From Amoebophrya sp. A120 (lineage: Eukaryota > Protista > Dinoflagellata): a stretch of DNA of 64,000 nt. Position 1 is the stretch's first letter; each line of letters starts with the position of its first letter. Positions 36,186 to 47,663 of this stretch are shown here, in pieces. Position numbers and translations under genes: made by a program. Below the pieces are notes generated by a model that saw only the letters and a list, made by a program, of their open reading frames with translations, made no database searches and had not been told where the DNA came from. Location: positions 905,809-969,808 of the forward strand of contig CAJINV010000002.1 of the NCBI GenBank assembly GCA_905178155.1. Reading direction: 5' to 3'.

Positions 36186-39100
36186 TCAGTTCGAAGTCGC
36201 GATACTCTGCCCTCGATCTCTGTCGCTGGTCGTCATCACCGATTTATTGCCATCTCCAGTGTTATGGAAGCGTCACGTTTGAAATCGTCAAAGTTGAAAT
36301 AATTTGTAATGCATAAAATGCATGCCCCGAGGTACGTGTGTTGCAGAGCAGGCAAGTGAGGCCGATTGTAAGCCTGGTTGGGGTTACAGCTCGAGCTGCT
36401 AAAGTAGCATGAGAGAATCGCTCTTCTTTGCCTAAACAGCATGACAAACTGGATTTAGAAACCGCCGAAATTTGTCATGCGCCACTTAGAAAATGGGTTC
36501 CGACTGGCATCCATTTTATGCATGGCAAATTATTTCAACTTTGTCGATTTGAACTCTGACACATCCATAAGTGTTGTCGTGATTTTCTCCCGTAGCTGCG
36601 GTGTCAGAAATCCCGTTAACTACCGTACTATTATTCACTGTCGCACTTCCCTCCGCTCTCCGAGACCCCGGCGCGGGGTGCTGGCCGGAGGGGGCGGACG
36701 TAGTTCCGGTTGATTCCCTGCGGGACGTGGTTCCGTTAGTACTCGCTCCGTTCAGCAAAATGTTCCCGACAGAAGAAGCCGTTTGCAACAACCCAGAACT
36801 GCTGTTGTTCCCAGAAGATGCAGCGCCATGTAGTCCCCCGAGCAGTGATCCCGCAGTGCCGGAGAACCCAGGCGGAAACGCGAAAAACCCGGTCGCGTCA
36901 GAAGATCGGAGAAATTTCGTGGAAGCCAGTGTTGGTGGCTTTCCATCGTACTTGTTCAAATTCTGGAGGTAAGACTGCTGGTCGGAGGCAAATTTCTCCA
37001 GCGTCGTGATCGACTCCTCATTACTCCGAGAGAAGAACAGCGAGGTAAAGTCGTGGAAACTCGCAATGCACCGCTTCGGGTATGCATTGCAAATATGTCT
37101 GGGTCTGGAAACTTGTGATGCTGAATGGTCATGATTGAGTGCGCTTTGAGTTTGAAGTGCAGTGAAGCATGACAAATTCTTCAGACGCTTTCTCATCGGT
37201 AGTACGCGTTACAAACAGCGACTTTGCATGGCGAAAGTGTGGCGCTTTCGCTGCTCATGCAATACAGATTTTTCAGGAATGCGCGACACGCAACACAGGT
37301 TCAACCTTTCCAGACCCAGACATAATTGCGTTTCATATCGGGAAAAACGTGTCCAATTCCTTGTAAAATTCATCCACTTTCTCGGGTAATGGCGCCCGGC
37401 CGTTCAACACTTGCAATAAGTGCGCTAAATCGTACAAGCCACGGAAAATCTGGGCCGGGTTGATGTCTTTCGCAACTCTGTCGCGGTAGTCGGGGAGGGT
37501 TTCGATCTTCGCGTCGAAGGGGATCATCAGGCCGTAGCTGGATTTTGATGTTTTGAGAAGGTCTGTCATGCAGTTATGCACCACAAGATTATCTCTCTAT
37601 TTGCAATGTCGCATTTGAGAAAGTCATCGTCATGCTCATGGTCTGAAACCTAATATAGCAAAAGATAAAACTATACATTGGGATCCAGATAATCTCCTCG
37701 TCCAGCACCAACCCAGAAGTCATAAACAGCTCCGCAAACCGCTTGCTATCAATGCACGCCCGCTTGCTCTGCATGGTCGGATTTTGAAACCTATGAATTG
37801 CAAAACAAGTATCGCGCTCTTACTGGTGAAGATCGCAGTGATGCATCACAAATCTCGATCTTAAGGGAAATCCTCATTACAAATTATTTTTCACATGCTG
37901 AGAAAATTTCTCATGCGATTTCTAGCAGTACGATTACTTTTGCAATGCATAAAACGAGCCCGCTTCCACCAATTTCCTCATCGCGTCGACGGAGTAGAGC
38001 TCGTTGTGCAGATTGTAGGTGAAGTGGAACCTGATACAGTTTTGAAATTGATTTTGTCATGCATAAGCAGAATGGGAAAGTAAATCTGTCATGCATGTTT
38101 TGCATATCAAAAACAAAACCAAGCTATATTACCGAAACGTCTTGTAGGTCGGGGCGTCCGATTCCGGATCCTTGCTCTTGCGCCGAATTGTCAAGTCAAG
38201 CTGGATCAAGTTGGTACCTGATAATGAAGATTTTTTGTCATGCAAGCCTGTCAAGGAAACTGGATTTTTCGTAGTCGCTCTATGCATGACAAAGAAGCAA
38301 GTTGTGTAGTACGCCCGGTTGTTGTACTATCAGAATTCACTCTACTATACAGTCCACATTGCTCCGCAAGGTCGCGTAGTGGTGTTCCAAAAACGAGTCC
38401 ACCGGATTATCCTGTGCAAAAGTATCCGATACTTTTTGTAGTCGCAGTTCTCCATTACAAATCCCTATTCCAAGCTAAACCAGCATGACAAAATCCATTT
38501 GTAATGCTGAGCAAATTTGTAATGCGACTACAGCTAGTACGAAGATACTGTTGCAATGCATACGGAATCGTCGGCCGCAACACCAACCCCGGGAAAAAGG
38601 ATTCCACACCGATAAAGTTATCGTAATCACGCTCCGCTAACTCTCGGAAGGCCTCCTCCACATTATCCGCGTAAATGTTGAACACGTTCGAATACTGTGG
38701 ATGCGGGTTTTGCGGCGTGATATTCTGCCCAGCCGGGGTGGTGGTCGGGTTACTTTGGTTGTAATTTCCAGAACCCCCGGCTGAGCCAGAAGCGGTGTTG
38801 TTGTTTCCTCCAGTTGTTCCGTTTTTCCCGTCCGATCCGTTGCCGTTGGACGTCATGGACGTAGCGGAGTTCTTGTTGGAGCTGGAACCGGTCAAGTGGG
38901 AGATGACGGAGGTCTTCGACATACACTTCTCCCGGTTTTCTTGCTCGGAATTCGTGTTGATGACATTATGGTGGTCCAGAATGTTGTTCATAGTTGATGT
39001 AGCGCAGCCGTCGTTGTGTTCTGTGAGCATGTGGTCTACAACTTGGTCGCCCACGGGTTCGATTTCTGAGTCTTCCAGAAGTTGGGACCCGAACTGAGGA

Positions 39101-42100
39101 GCAATATTACTGCTATTAGCCGGATTGAAAGTATTGTCTGCGCAAAAGTCGTCCAAAATTCCTTGTTCGTTGTTGACAACATTACTTTTACCGTAGTCCT
39201 GTTGCATGATAGCTGCCTGCGGCACTGCTGGAACAACTGGTGGCGGCGGTGGTGGATTCTGGGGAATCTGAAAGTTGTCCTGTTTCGTCAGCGCCGCGGC
39301 AGCGGCAGCAGCACTGGTAGTTGCCGCAGTGCCCATGCTTGCCGGCAGCGGGGGTTGCTGAGCAATAACGGCAGGAGGGGCAGGTCCACCTTGGGGTGCT
39401 CCTACTGCGGAGGTAGTCATTTTAGTGCTAGAGTTCTCCGCCGGTGAGTAGCTTGTCGACTGGTTGCGACTCAAGACCTGCACACTACCCGGCTGTAAAT
39501 GCTGGCCAACTTCCATGGTTAGCTGTCCTTCCGGCTTTAGCGGCTGGTGACCAACAGGAGCACTTTGATGGTAGGATGGAGCAGCAGTGGCGGGATTATT
39601 GCTAGTCGGCTTGTTTTTGCAAGACCCAGCGGCTGCGCTTGGAAGAGTCGGGGCTTGTTGCGATGCGAAGGGGAACAGGCCTGGTTCTTGGTGATCAACT
39701 ACAACAGTGGCACTCGCTGTTGTATTCGGAGGTTGCATTGCAGCGGTACTGGCTTCTCCTGGAGGCTGCAACAACTGTCGGGAGGACGGCATGGGGACCG
39801 GAATGCTGTAAACATCAGGAAGCTGTTGGTGCTGCGGGGGCTGCTGCTGCGAAGAATTGATCGGGAGTTTGTGTTGCTGCTCCGCAGCAAAAGCCGCGCG
39901 CTTATTCACACGCTGCTTGTTTGTAGTATTTCGCCCGACGGTAGAAGCGGGAGAACCCTTGGCACCGGCGTCACCGGCGTACTGTGACTCGGCGTACGGC
40001 TGCTTCGGATGCAGTGGCTGCTGACCCTTACCAGAATTATGCGGGTTATGCAGGGGCGATGGCAACTTCGTGTCACTGTAATTGTTCATTGGGGTAGTAC
40101 AACTACCGTGCTTTCCTGCAGCTGCAATAAAACCACCAGAGCCTGCTCCTGCAGCAGGAAAGTTATTGCCCTGTTGCTGCGAAGATGAAACCAGCAACGA
40201 CGGTCCGCCCACAATGCCCGGCGGAAGCATTCCCCGCGGCGGCTCCGGGGGCGGGCAAACGCCCGGCGGCGGACTGGTCGCGCCGTGCCGGCCCCAGGAT
40301 TTGGAGACGGAAAGCGGCACGGGGAGCCCGGTCTGGTTCATTCCCGAAGCCCCTGGGATCATGTTGTTCATCGCGGGTGGAGGAGCAAGGTTCGTCATAT
40401 CGACGTTAAACGGGGGCGCCTGTTGGTCAAATACGCCTGCGCCTGCAGCTCCAAGTGCAAGTCCTCCTGCATTGGCCGTTGCAGGAGCAGCCTTGTTGGC
40501 TGTACTAGATTGCCCGATCTGCGCGTTCGCCCGACTTATACCAGAAATCAGCATCGGGGGACCAGCGGCGGCCATGGACGAATTCGTACCAGAACTACCA
40601 ATCGCGTGGTCGGGATTGATATTCTGCGGCTCACCAGGTAGCTGGGCTTGGGCATCTAGAAACGTCGCTTGTTTAACATTTTTCCCCCCAGATGAACTGC
40701 AATCAGCGGAAGCCGATGAACTACCGCTGTGCGGCCCCGGGGTGGAGCTCTGCTCGCGGGATTTCGACACTAACCCCTCGAACGGCACGTGTTCCTGACA
40801 AGAGCCATCCGCCTTGCTGTTGAAGAGCCGCTTGCTGCCGGAGTTCAGGTTTTGCAAGTTCCCGGCTAAAGCACCGCGACCGTCGTGCATCAGTTCGTGG
40901 TGCAAAGGGGTGTTGGTGTAGTCGCCACCCATGGGGACGCCGTCGGAGAGATTGTCGTAATTGTCGCTGTTTGGGTAGTGATATATGCATTTTATTTTTA
41001 TCGATCATCTAGTACTAATTGCAGCACAAGAATTTTTTTCAATCATTCAGAGTCGTAAGTTTGAGGTTAGCCTGAGTGAGGTATAGGTATACCACGATGC
41101 GCATCTGTGATGCATATGCATTCTTGCTGCAATACAAACTTCATACCTGTAGTCATCTTCCCCATATTCGCTTCTGGGAGTGAAGCCGTCCTTGGTTTCC
41201 GCGGTATCGTCCAATGGCTTGGCCGGCGAAACACCAACTTGTTGGGCGCGGTTCATTTGGTGCGTCGGGTGCTGTTGACCGTGAGGACCACGCCCGGTGG
41301 AGGTCACATGCTGCTGCTGGTGCGCTGAAACACCTCCCGCCGGAACTGGAGCCCCGACCTGATAAGACGAGGCAGCGACCTGTTGTCCAGCTCCAATGCG
41401 GTTGTTCGAAGAGGCTGAGGGCTGTTCGCCGTGCTGCAGTGGCGGCGGGGGAGGCGCGGGCAGGTCGAGCTGTTTTGTATTGCGATCGGTTTTTCAAAAT
41501 TGAAAATTTCAGAAATCATACTAACTTACAGAGTTTCTTTTACGAGCGACGTTTACCCACCCATGCAAAATAAATTTTGCATGACAAACTGGAAAAATGA
41601 CGTAGAGCATACCTCTTGCTTCCGCGGCAGCATCGGTGGCTGCACTGGCTTCGGCAATTTGATATTCCGTGCAGACCCAGAATACGGTGTGTGGGCGCTG
41701 GATTGATGTTGTTGACCAGAAACTACACCTGGGTTGTTGCCGACCTGGTAGCCATAGCTGCCAGTACCTTGTTGCTGTTGCGCGTGATGCTGCTCCAAAC
41801 CCCGGTCACCACGATGAGTGTGCTGCTGTTGATCTCGATAATTGTGTCCACCACGCTCGCGTTGCTCGCGTTCCCCTCCACGCCCCGCGGGGGTCATGTG
41901 ACCACCGACACCACCACCCAAATGCTGGTGGTTGCCGTGTGCAGCCATTTGCATCGTGTGATGCTCTGCCCGGCCGACCGGCGAGTTGCCCTGCGGCTGG
42001 TTGTGCATATTATGTGCGTTCATCTGCTGAAACCGCGGCGGGTTGCCAGGAAGGCCACCATGCGGCGCATGATGAGACTGGGCAGCTCCTGGCGGGCCAC

Positions 42101-45100
42101 CGTGCAACGGCTGTTGATTGTTGTACCCGCAGCCTGGCGCGGGCGCAGTCCCCGGACCAGTGTGCGTTTTATTCACGTAATACTGTTGTTGACCATTGTA
42201 AGCGGCGTTATACACAGACTGCGCGACATGGTGCTGGGATTGGTGATGTTGCGGGGGAGCAGGCACAGGCACATGTCCCGACTGATGCGGCGGTGGGATG
42301 TGTTGGTTGTAGTTAGGTGGATTGCTGTGCCCACGATGTTGATCACTCGGGTTGTTGTACTGCTGATGACGATGGTGATCACCAGGAACATTGTACTGCT
42401 GCTCATTATAAGGCTGATGCGCATGCGCCCGTTGATCGCGATGATACTGATCCATCCGGTGGTTACTGTGCTCGCGCTCACGGGAATTGTACTGTTGCCC
42501 TTGATTATGCCCGCTCATATTCGCACCGCCCCGGAGATGCTGCTGATGCTGCGGCAACGTCGGCGGTTGATCCAAAAACGCCGAACCAGCTCCATGAGAG
42601 TAGTACCGCTGGCGCTGTTGGCTATCGCTGTGATAAGGCAGTTGCAAGGTACTTGCAGTTGTAGTACACGGCAGCGGTGGGCCATGCTGTCCAATAGTAG
42701 GAGGGCCTGACAATAGCGTGTAATCCATTTTCTCGACCTGCTTGCGCACGGCCGCGGCACTCGCTGCCAGCTGTTCTTGCTCCGCTAGCAATTTCCTTTC
42801 TTGCTTCTCCTTCTTTCGACAACCGAAGCCTGGCATCGGCGGTCCGTCCACGGTCGTCAGGGTCAGCAGTTTGTAACGCGTGCTATCATCATTTTCGCCC
42901 AAGTCACAGTAAGAACGAAGGTGAAGCATCTGGTCGCGCGTGTAGGTAAACGTGTTCAGCATGTCTAAGTGCTTGTCTTCGCTGGAGGTCAAATTTTCGT
43001 CGTGGATCTTCGCCGCTTCCAGGACCTCCTTGTCAATTTTGAGGCTTTTTTCATTCTCATGAAGGTCGTCGTGGCAGGAGCTTAGCTGCATCGTGTTGAG
43101 ATTATTCTCCGGCGGGAGTGGGTAATACGGAGGGTTGCAGGACGAGGAGCTCATCGTATCAACATGCGGCTGTTGTTCGATCTGGTTGAAAGCCTGGCCC
43201 CCGTAAGTGGTAGTGGCAGAAACTTGTTGCTGGTTGTAGTTCGGTGGCGGGTTCGGAGGGTTCGCATTCGAATTAGGCAACAAAGAACCAGTCGCAGAAG
43301 TCCAGTTCTGGTCAGCGTGCTGTTGTTCTGCCATCATGTTGCCCATACTCGCATTCCCGGGCAGTCCCATCTTGGTCGGAAATTCGACTTCCAACCCCAG
43401 ACCAGGTGGCGGCAGAACCGGCGGCTGCGCGGTAGCCGGGTCCGTGGTCCACAACATTCCCTGGGAAGTACTGTTCAGGCCGCAATCAAGCAAATTGCTG
43501 TTGTTCGTATTGATGTTGTTCCCCTGGTTTTGCTGCTGTCCACAGGTGGAGTTGTTCGGCGGCACAGGACCTGGACCACCCGCGGCACTGCAACTTCCCT
43601 GTTGGTTCAAATTGACCACCGCACCAACATTGGACGTTCCCGCGGCCACAATACTCACTCTCGGTGGCGGCGGATGCTGGGTCAAACAAGGCGGCGCCGG
43701 GGGCGGCGGGCCTATCGGAGGAGTTTTCGAAACGTTTGAGAATTTCCGTTGTTGCGGGGGAAGTGCCGATGCGTGCACGTTCAAATCCGGGACAACTGCC
43801 CCAACAGGAGAAACCTGCGGCAACGTCAAAACGGGCTGTTGCATCGGCGAACAGGCTTGCTGCTGCTGCGATAGAGGACAAGAAGTGTTCGTGTTGTTGT
43901 TCACCACATTCGGGTTGTTGTACCCCGGAGTGCCGAACCGCGGGGGCGGGTTGAGAAGATGTTGATTGTGTGCTGCCGGGGCAAAGCCTCCCGCTCCAGA
44001 AGTGTAGCAGCTGGAAAACTCCCGTTCCGGAGCAGTAAGTTTGTTGAGCGAATCTAACTCGTCGGATTGTTCCACACAAGTCCGCATCGGCGTGGAGTCC
44101 GACCGCGCAGACGTTTCCTCGATGTTAGCCATATTGAAGTTGTGGTGCATCGCCGCGCAGGTTCCGGGCGGTTGGTTAAATTGCAGTTGCTGCATCGGGT
44201 GGGGCAAAGCCGGGATCATGGGGTTAATACCGTACAGGCCTCGCTGAGTAGAAGTCGCATTTTGACCACCTTCCTCAACTTGCAACGTGTACTCAGCATT
44301 AGTACAAGAGTTCATCCCCGCAATTTTATTTTCTTCCGCTCCTACTGCTACTCCTACACAGGCATCGTAGCTCTCCTCTTCCTCGTCAATGTAACCACTG
44401 AAATTGTTCTCCTCCATCAAAGTCCGCATTTTCGGATCCATAAAATCGCCCGTATTGTGGGTGCCGCTATCGTCACCACCAGCGTCACCTTTTTCCAGCA
44501 TCACAGACCGGTTGATGTCATGAGCAACACGATCTTCGACGACCAAGGGCTGCATCACAGCCGGCGGGGCCGGCGGAAGTTCGATTTTCACGAGACCCGG
44601 TGGGGGGGACTGGTTCTCAATCAACATCATCTGCGCAGCAGCGTGATCCTGGTGCACCATCGTCGTGTTCCCGTCGTCTTCCAAGAAAGCCACCTGCTCG
44701 CCATGTTCGGCCTGCTCGTTGCCGTTGAAATTCTTCTGCTGGTGCTGCTGCCCCCCGATCAACATTTGATGTTCCGTGGGAGAGGTTTGACAGGTCGTAG
44801 GGCTCGAAGAGTGGTACAGCAAGGTCGTGTTCCCCAGAGCACCTCCGTCAGGAATGGTCGCGTTCGAGCTAGTCGCGGTCACATTGCAGATGGTCATCTG
44901 GTCATCTACACCGGGAATCAGAGCAGAGGTAGAAGTCGAAACCACATTCGGTTCTTCGATTATCGCCGCAGAAGTGTTCGTCTCTCCACCGGTAGGAGTC
45001 GAGCCGGAGATTAAAGTCGCCGGGGATTTCGCCGTAGAATTGTTACCAGACAGCTGTTGAGCATCGAACGGAAGGAAATTGTTCGAGGTGGTTCCCGACG

Positions 45101-47663
45101 ACGACAAGGTCGCCGCCACGTTTGCCGCAGAGCTAGTATTGGAAGAGAGAGAGGAACTAGCAGCGAAGGCTGCACTCGCTATCGTAGCATTGTTCGCAGA
45201 AGCAGCTCCAGTTGTATTCGCCGTAGTACTACTCGAGCCGGATTTGTTCAAGCTATCGCTCGTTTTCACGTTCCCAAACAGTTGCGCCGACAAAGTCGGC
45301 CCGGACGGGGTGGTGATAATCGGCGTCTGCGGGATCGGGAGATAGTTGCTGTTGGAAGAGCTCTATGCACTGCAAAAGTGTCGTCCTCGTACTAATTGCA
45401 TTTATGCATTACAAATTTCTTTTTCAAGCTAAATCAGCAAGACACATTCCATTTGTCATGCTGAGCTAATTTGTGTTGCAATACTACGACTACAGTATTT
45501 TTGCAGTGCATAAACTAGTGCCGGAATTGAACGATCCTGCGCGAAGCATCCGGGCGGTGACGTTGGAGGAATTGATGTTTTTCAAACCAGATTGATGCCC
45601 ATTGGACTCGCGCAACAGAGTCGCAACGACGCCTAATTCCGGAAAATCGTCTTCGTTAAATTCCACCTCCGGTTCACTGCAGTTGTGGGCACCGTCCGCC
45701 GAAGCGGAGGAGTTTGCGGCTAGAGATTTTCGCGGGGCGGACTGGGATTTCTTGTTCCCATTTTTGGAACTGCTGTTTTGGTTGTTGGTGCTGGTGTTGT
45801 TCCCATCAGTATCCTTCTTCTCATTCCTCCCCCCACCTCCGCGGTTCCTTTTCCCGTCACCGCCTCCCCCCCGGCCGCCGCCCCGACGGCGCCGACGGTT
45901 GTCGTTTTTGTCCTTGTCGTCGAGGAGTACACTGGTGTTTTCGTCGTTGTTGTATGCAATACAAATTTCCCCTACATGTACAAGATGCATCACAAATTGC
46001 ACCAATTTGGGGCGTAACACTTGTCATGCTAAACTAGGATCGAAGCCCAATTTTGTCATGCAGAGACTGCATTTGTACGTGTACGGGAAATTTACTGTGG
46101 ATATGTTGGTGGTGTGCTTGGTCGTAGAAGTTGTAGTAGTGTGGGACTGTTCTTTTTGAAGAGTCTGGTAGTTTTCCTGGTTCTGCTGGGCGTTATTTCT
46201 CTCTCCTGCCCGAAGGTCGTTGTTGTTCGTCCCCGCCCCGCGTTCCGTGGTCTTCCTGCCATTGTTATTCCCCCCGCGTTGTTGTTGTTCACCTCCCGCG
46301 TTCGCTCCTTGCTGTTCCCGGCCTCGGCGACGGTTTCCCCCACCGTTCCCACCGGCTTTGTCACCTCCCTGACCGGCTCCAGCAGCCCCGCGGTTCATGA
46401 TCCTCGAGGGGGTGTTAATGCCGTCTGTTGTAGTTGTGGTTGTCCCAGTGGCCCCCACGCCTAGATTGTACAGTTGCTGGTTGTTGTAGTGAAAAGATGA
46501 ATATGAATTGCAAAAGTATCGTACTCGTATAAATGCATGACAAATTCCCTCAGCATGAGAAATAAAATTTGTAATGCGGATTTACCTTGAGACAAAAATT
46601 TGTAATGCATGATTGCAATACGAGTACGATACTTTTGCAGTTCATAATGAAGTCCCGATGCTCGCTGGAGTGGTAACCACACCCGGCGTATCAAATGTAA
46701 AAATGTCTGGGTCTGGAAGAAGGCAACTTGTCATGCTAAATCTGGAATCCAAAAAAATCTGTATTGCACGAGCAGCAAAGGGAGTGTAATCTTTCCTACG
46801 CGGAGAGGGCATTTGTTATGCGGAATAGGCATCAAGAAGCCTTCAAAAAATCTGTGATGCTAGGGCATGCATCACAGACATCAGGGCTCAGGCACGACGT
46901 GCATGACAAATCTCAGAATCATCCAGACCCAGACACTTTTGCATTTGGTACGGCGCTCCGGCTAAACTAGTACAAGAACCGGCTGTACTAGCAGTGATAT
47001 TACCAGATGTAGTAGTAGTGCCTCCAGAACAAGTCGCAGCAGCTGCTGCGATGTTTCCCTGTCCAAACACCGTTTGCTTCTGGAAAACAGATATCCTGTG
47101 CAAAAGCATCGTACCCGTACTAATTGCATTTATGCATTACAAATCTAGTTCCTAAAGCAAATCCGCATTACAAATTCAATTTGTAATGCTGAGCCAATTT
47201 GTATTGCAATTACCACTAGTACGATACTTTTGCAATTCATAACAGAAGCGGACGGCGGGCCACCGAGAGGACCACTTCCGGCGGAGGAAGCGGGGGTGTC
47301 GAGGTCGTTGTCCCTTTTGCTACCACCTGCTCCGGGCTGTACTGCTGCTGCACCGGAACTAGTACCAAGTACTAGTTTCTGCCGACCGCGACCGCCACGG
47401 GTCCTTTGCCAGTTCTTGTCACCGCCACAACCGCCGGGGGTAGAAGGGCCGTCGTTGTTTCGGTTGTTGAAGTATGCAATGCAAAAGCATCGCACTCGTA
47501 TAAATGCATTACAAATTTCCTCAGCGTGAGAAATTAAATTTCTAATGCTGATTTACCTCAAGAACAAAATTTGTAATGCATGATTGCAATACGAGTACGA
47601 TACTTTTGCACAGGATATGAAGTTTTTCTCAGCCGATGTAGCTCCACCCGCGAAAGATGCCAT
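36186..47663 (-). CDS. ~2,900-aa protein: long disordered region with eIF4E-binding-type motif plus divergent CAF1/POP2 (CNOT7/8-like DEDD) domain
   Basis: CAF1 motifs: NIYADNVEEAF, VESFFPGLVLRP, YATLRSNVD, LIQLDLT, IDSKRFAELFMTSGLVLDEEIIWI, FRGLYDLAHLLQVL..LP..FYKELDTFFP. The large ORFs join in frame via GT-AG introns 41359-41612 and 40967-41146 and via introners. Confidence 0.78.
36263..36569. mobile_element. Introner family D, 307 bp
   Basis: TIRs; DR agtgt/agtgt. Confidence 0.88.
37081..37337. mobile_element. Introner family B
   Basis: TIRs; DR tcggg/tcggg. Confidence 0.9.
37792..37951. mobile_element. Introner family A
   Basis: TIRs; DR aaacc/aaacg (gives GT-AG). Confidence 0.85.
38408..38562. 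mobile_element. Introner family A
   Basis: TIRs; DR cggat/cggaa. Confidence 0.87.
45364..45512. mobile_element. Introner family A
   Basis: TIRs; diverged DR agctc/aacta; removal keeps frame (GTS|SSNSNY). Confidence 0.83.
45953..46103. mobile_element. Introner family H (TIR TAT.CA...AAATTTCCC.TACA.GTACA)
   Basis: TIRs; DR tgttg/tgttg. Confidence 0.85.
46502..46646. mobile_element. Introner family A
   Basis: TIRs; DR atgaa/atgaa. Confidence 0.9.
46689..46950. mobile_element. Introner family B
   Basis: TIRs; DR cggcg/cggcg. Confidence 0.9.
47092..47241. mobile_element. Introner family A
   Basis: TIRs; DR acaga/acaga. Confidence 0.9.
47473..47617. mobile_element. Introner family A
   Basis: TIRs; DR tgaag/tgaag. 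Confidence 0.9.

Noticed and set aside
41616-45060. Several long plus-strand ORFs
   Set aside because: Antisense shadows of the long low-complexity minus-strand exon.
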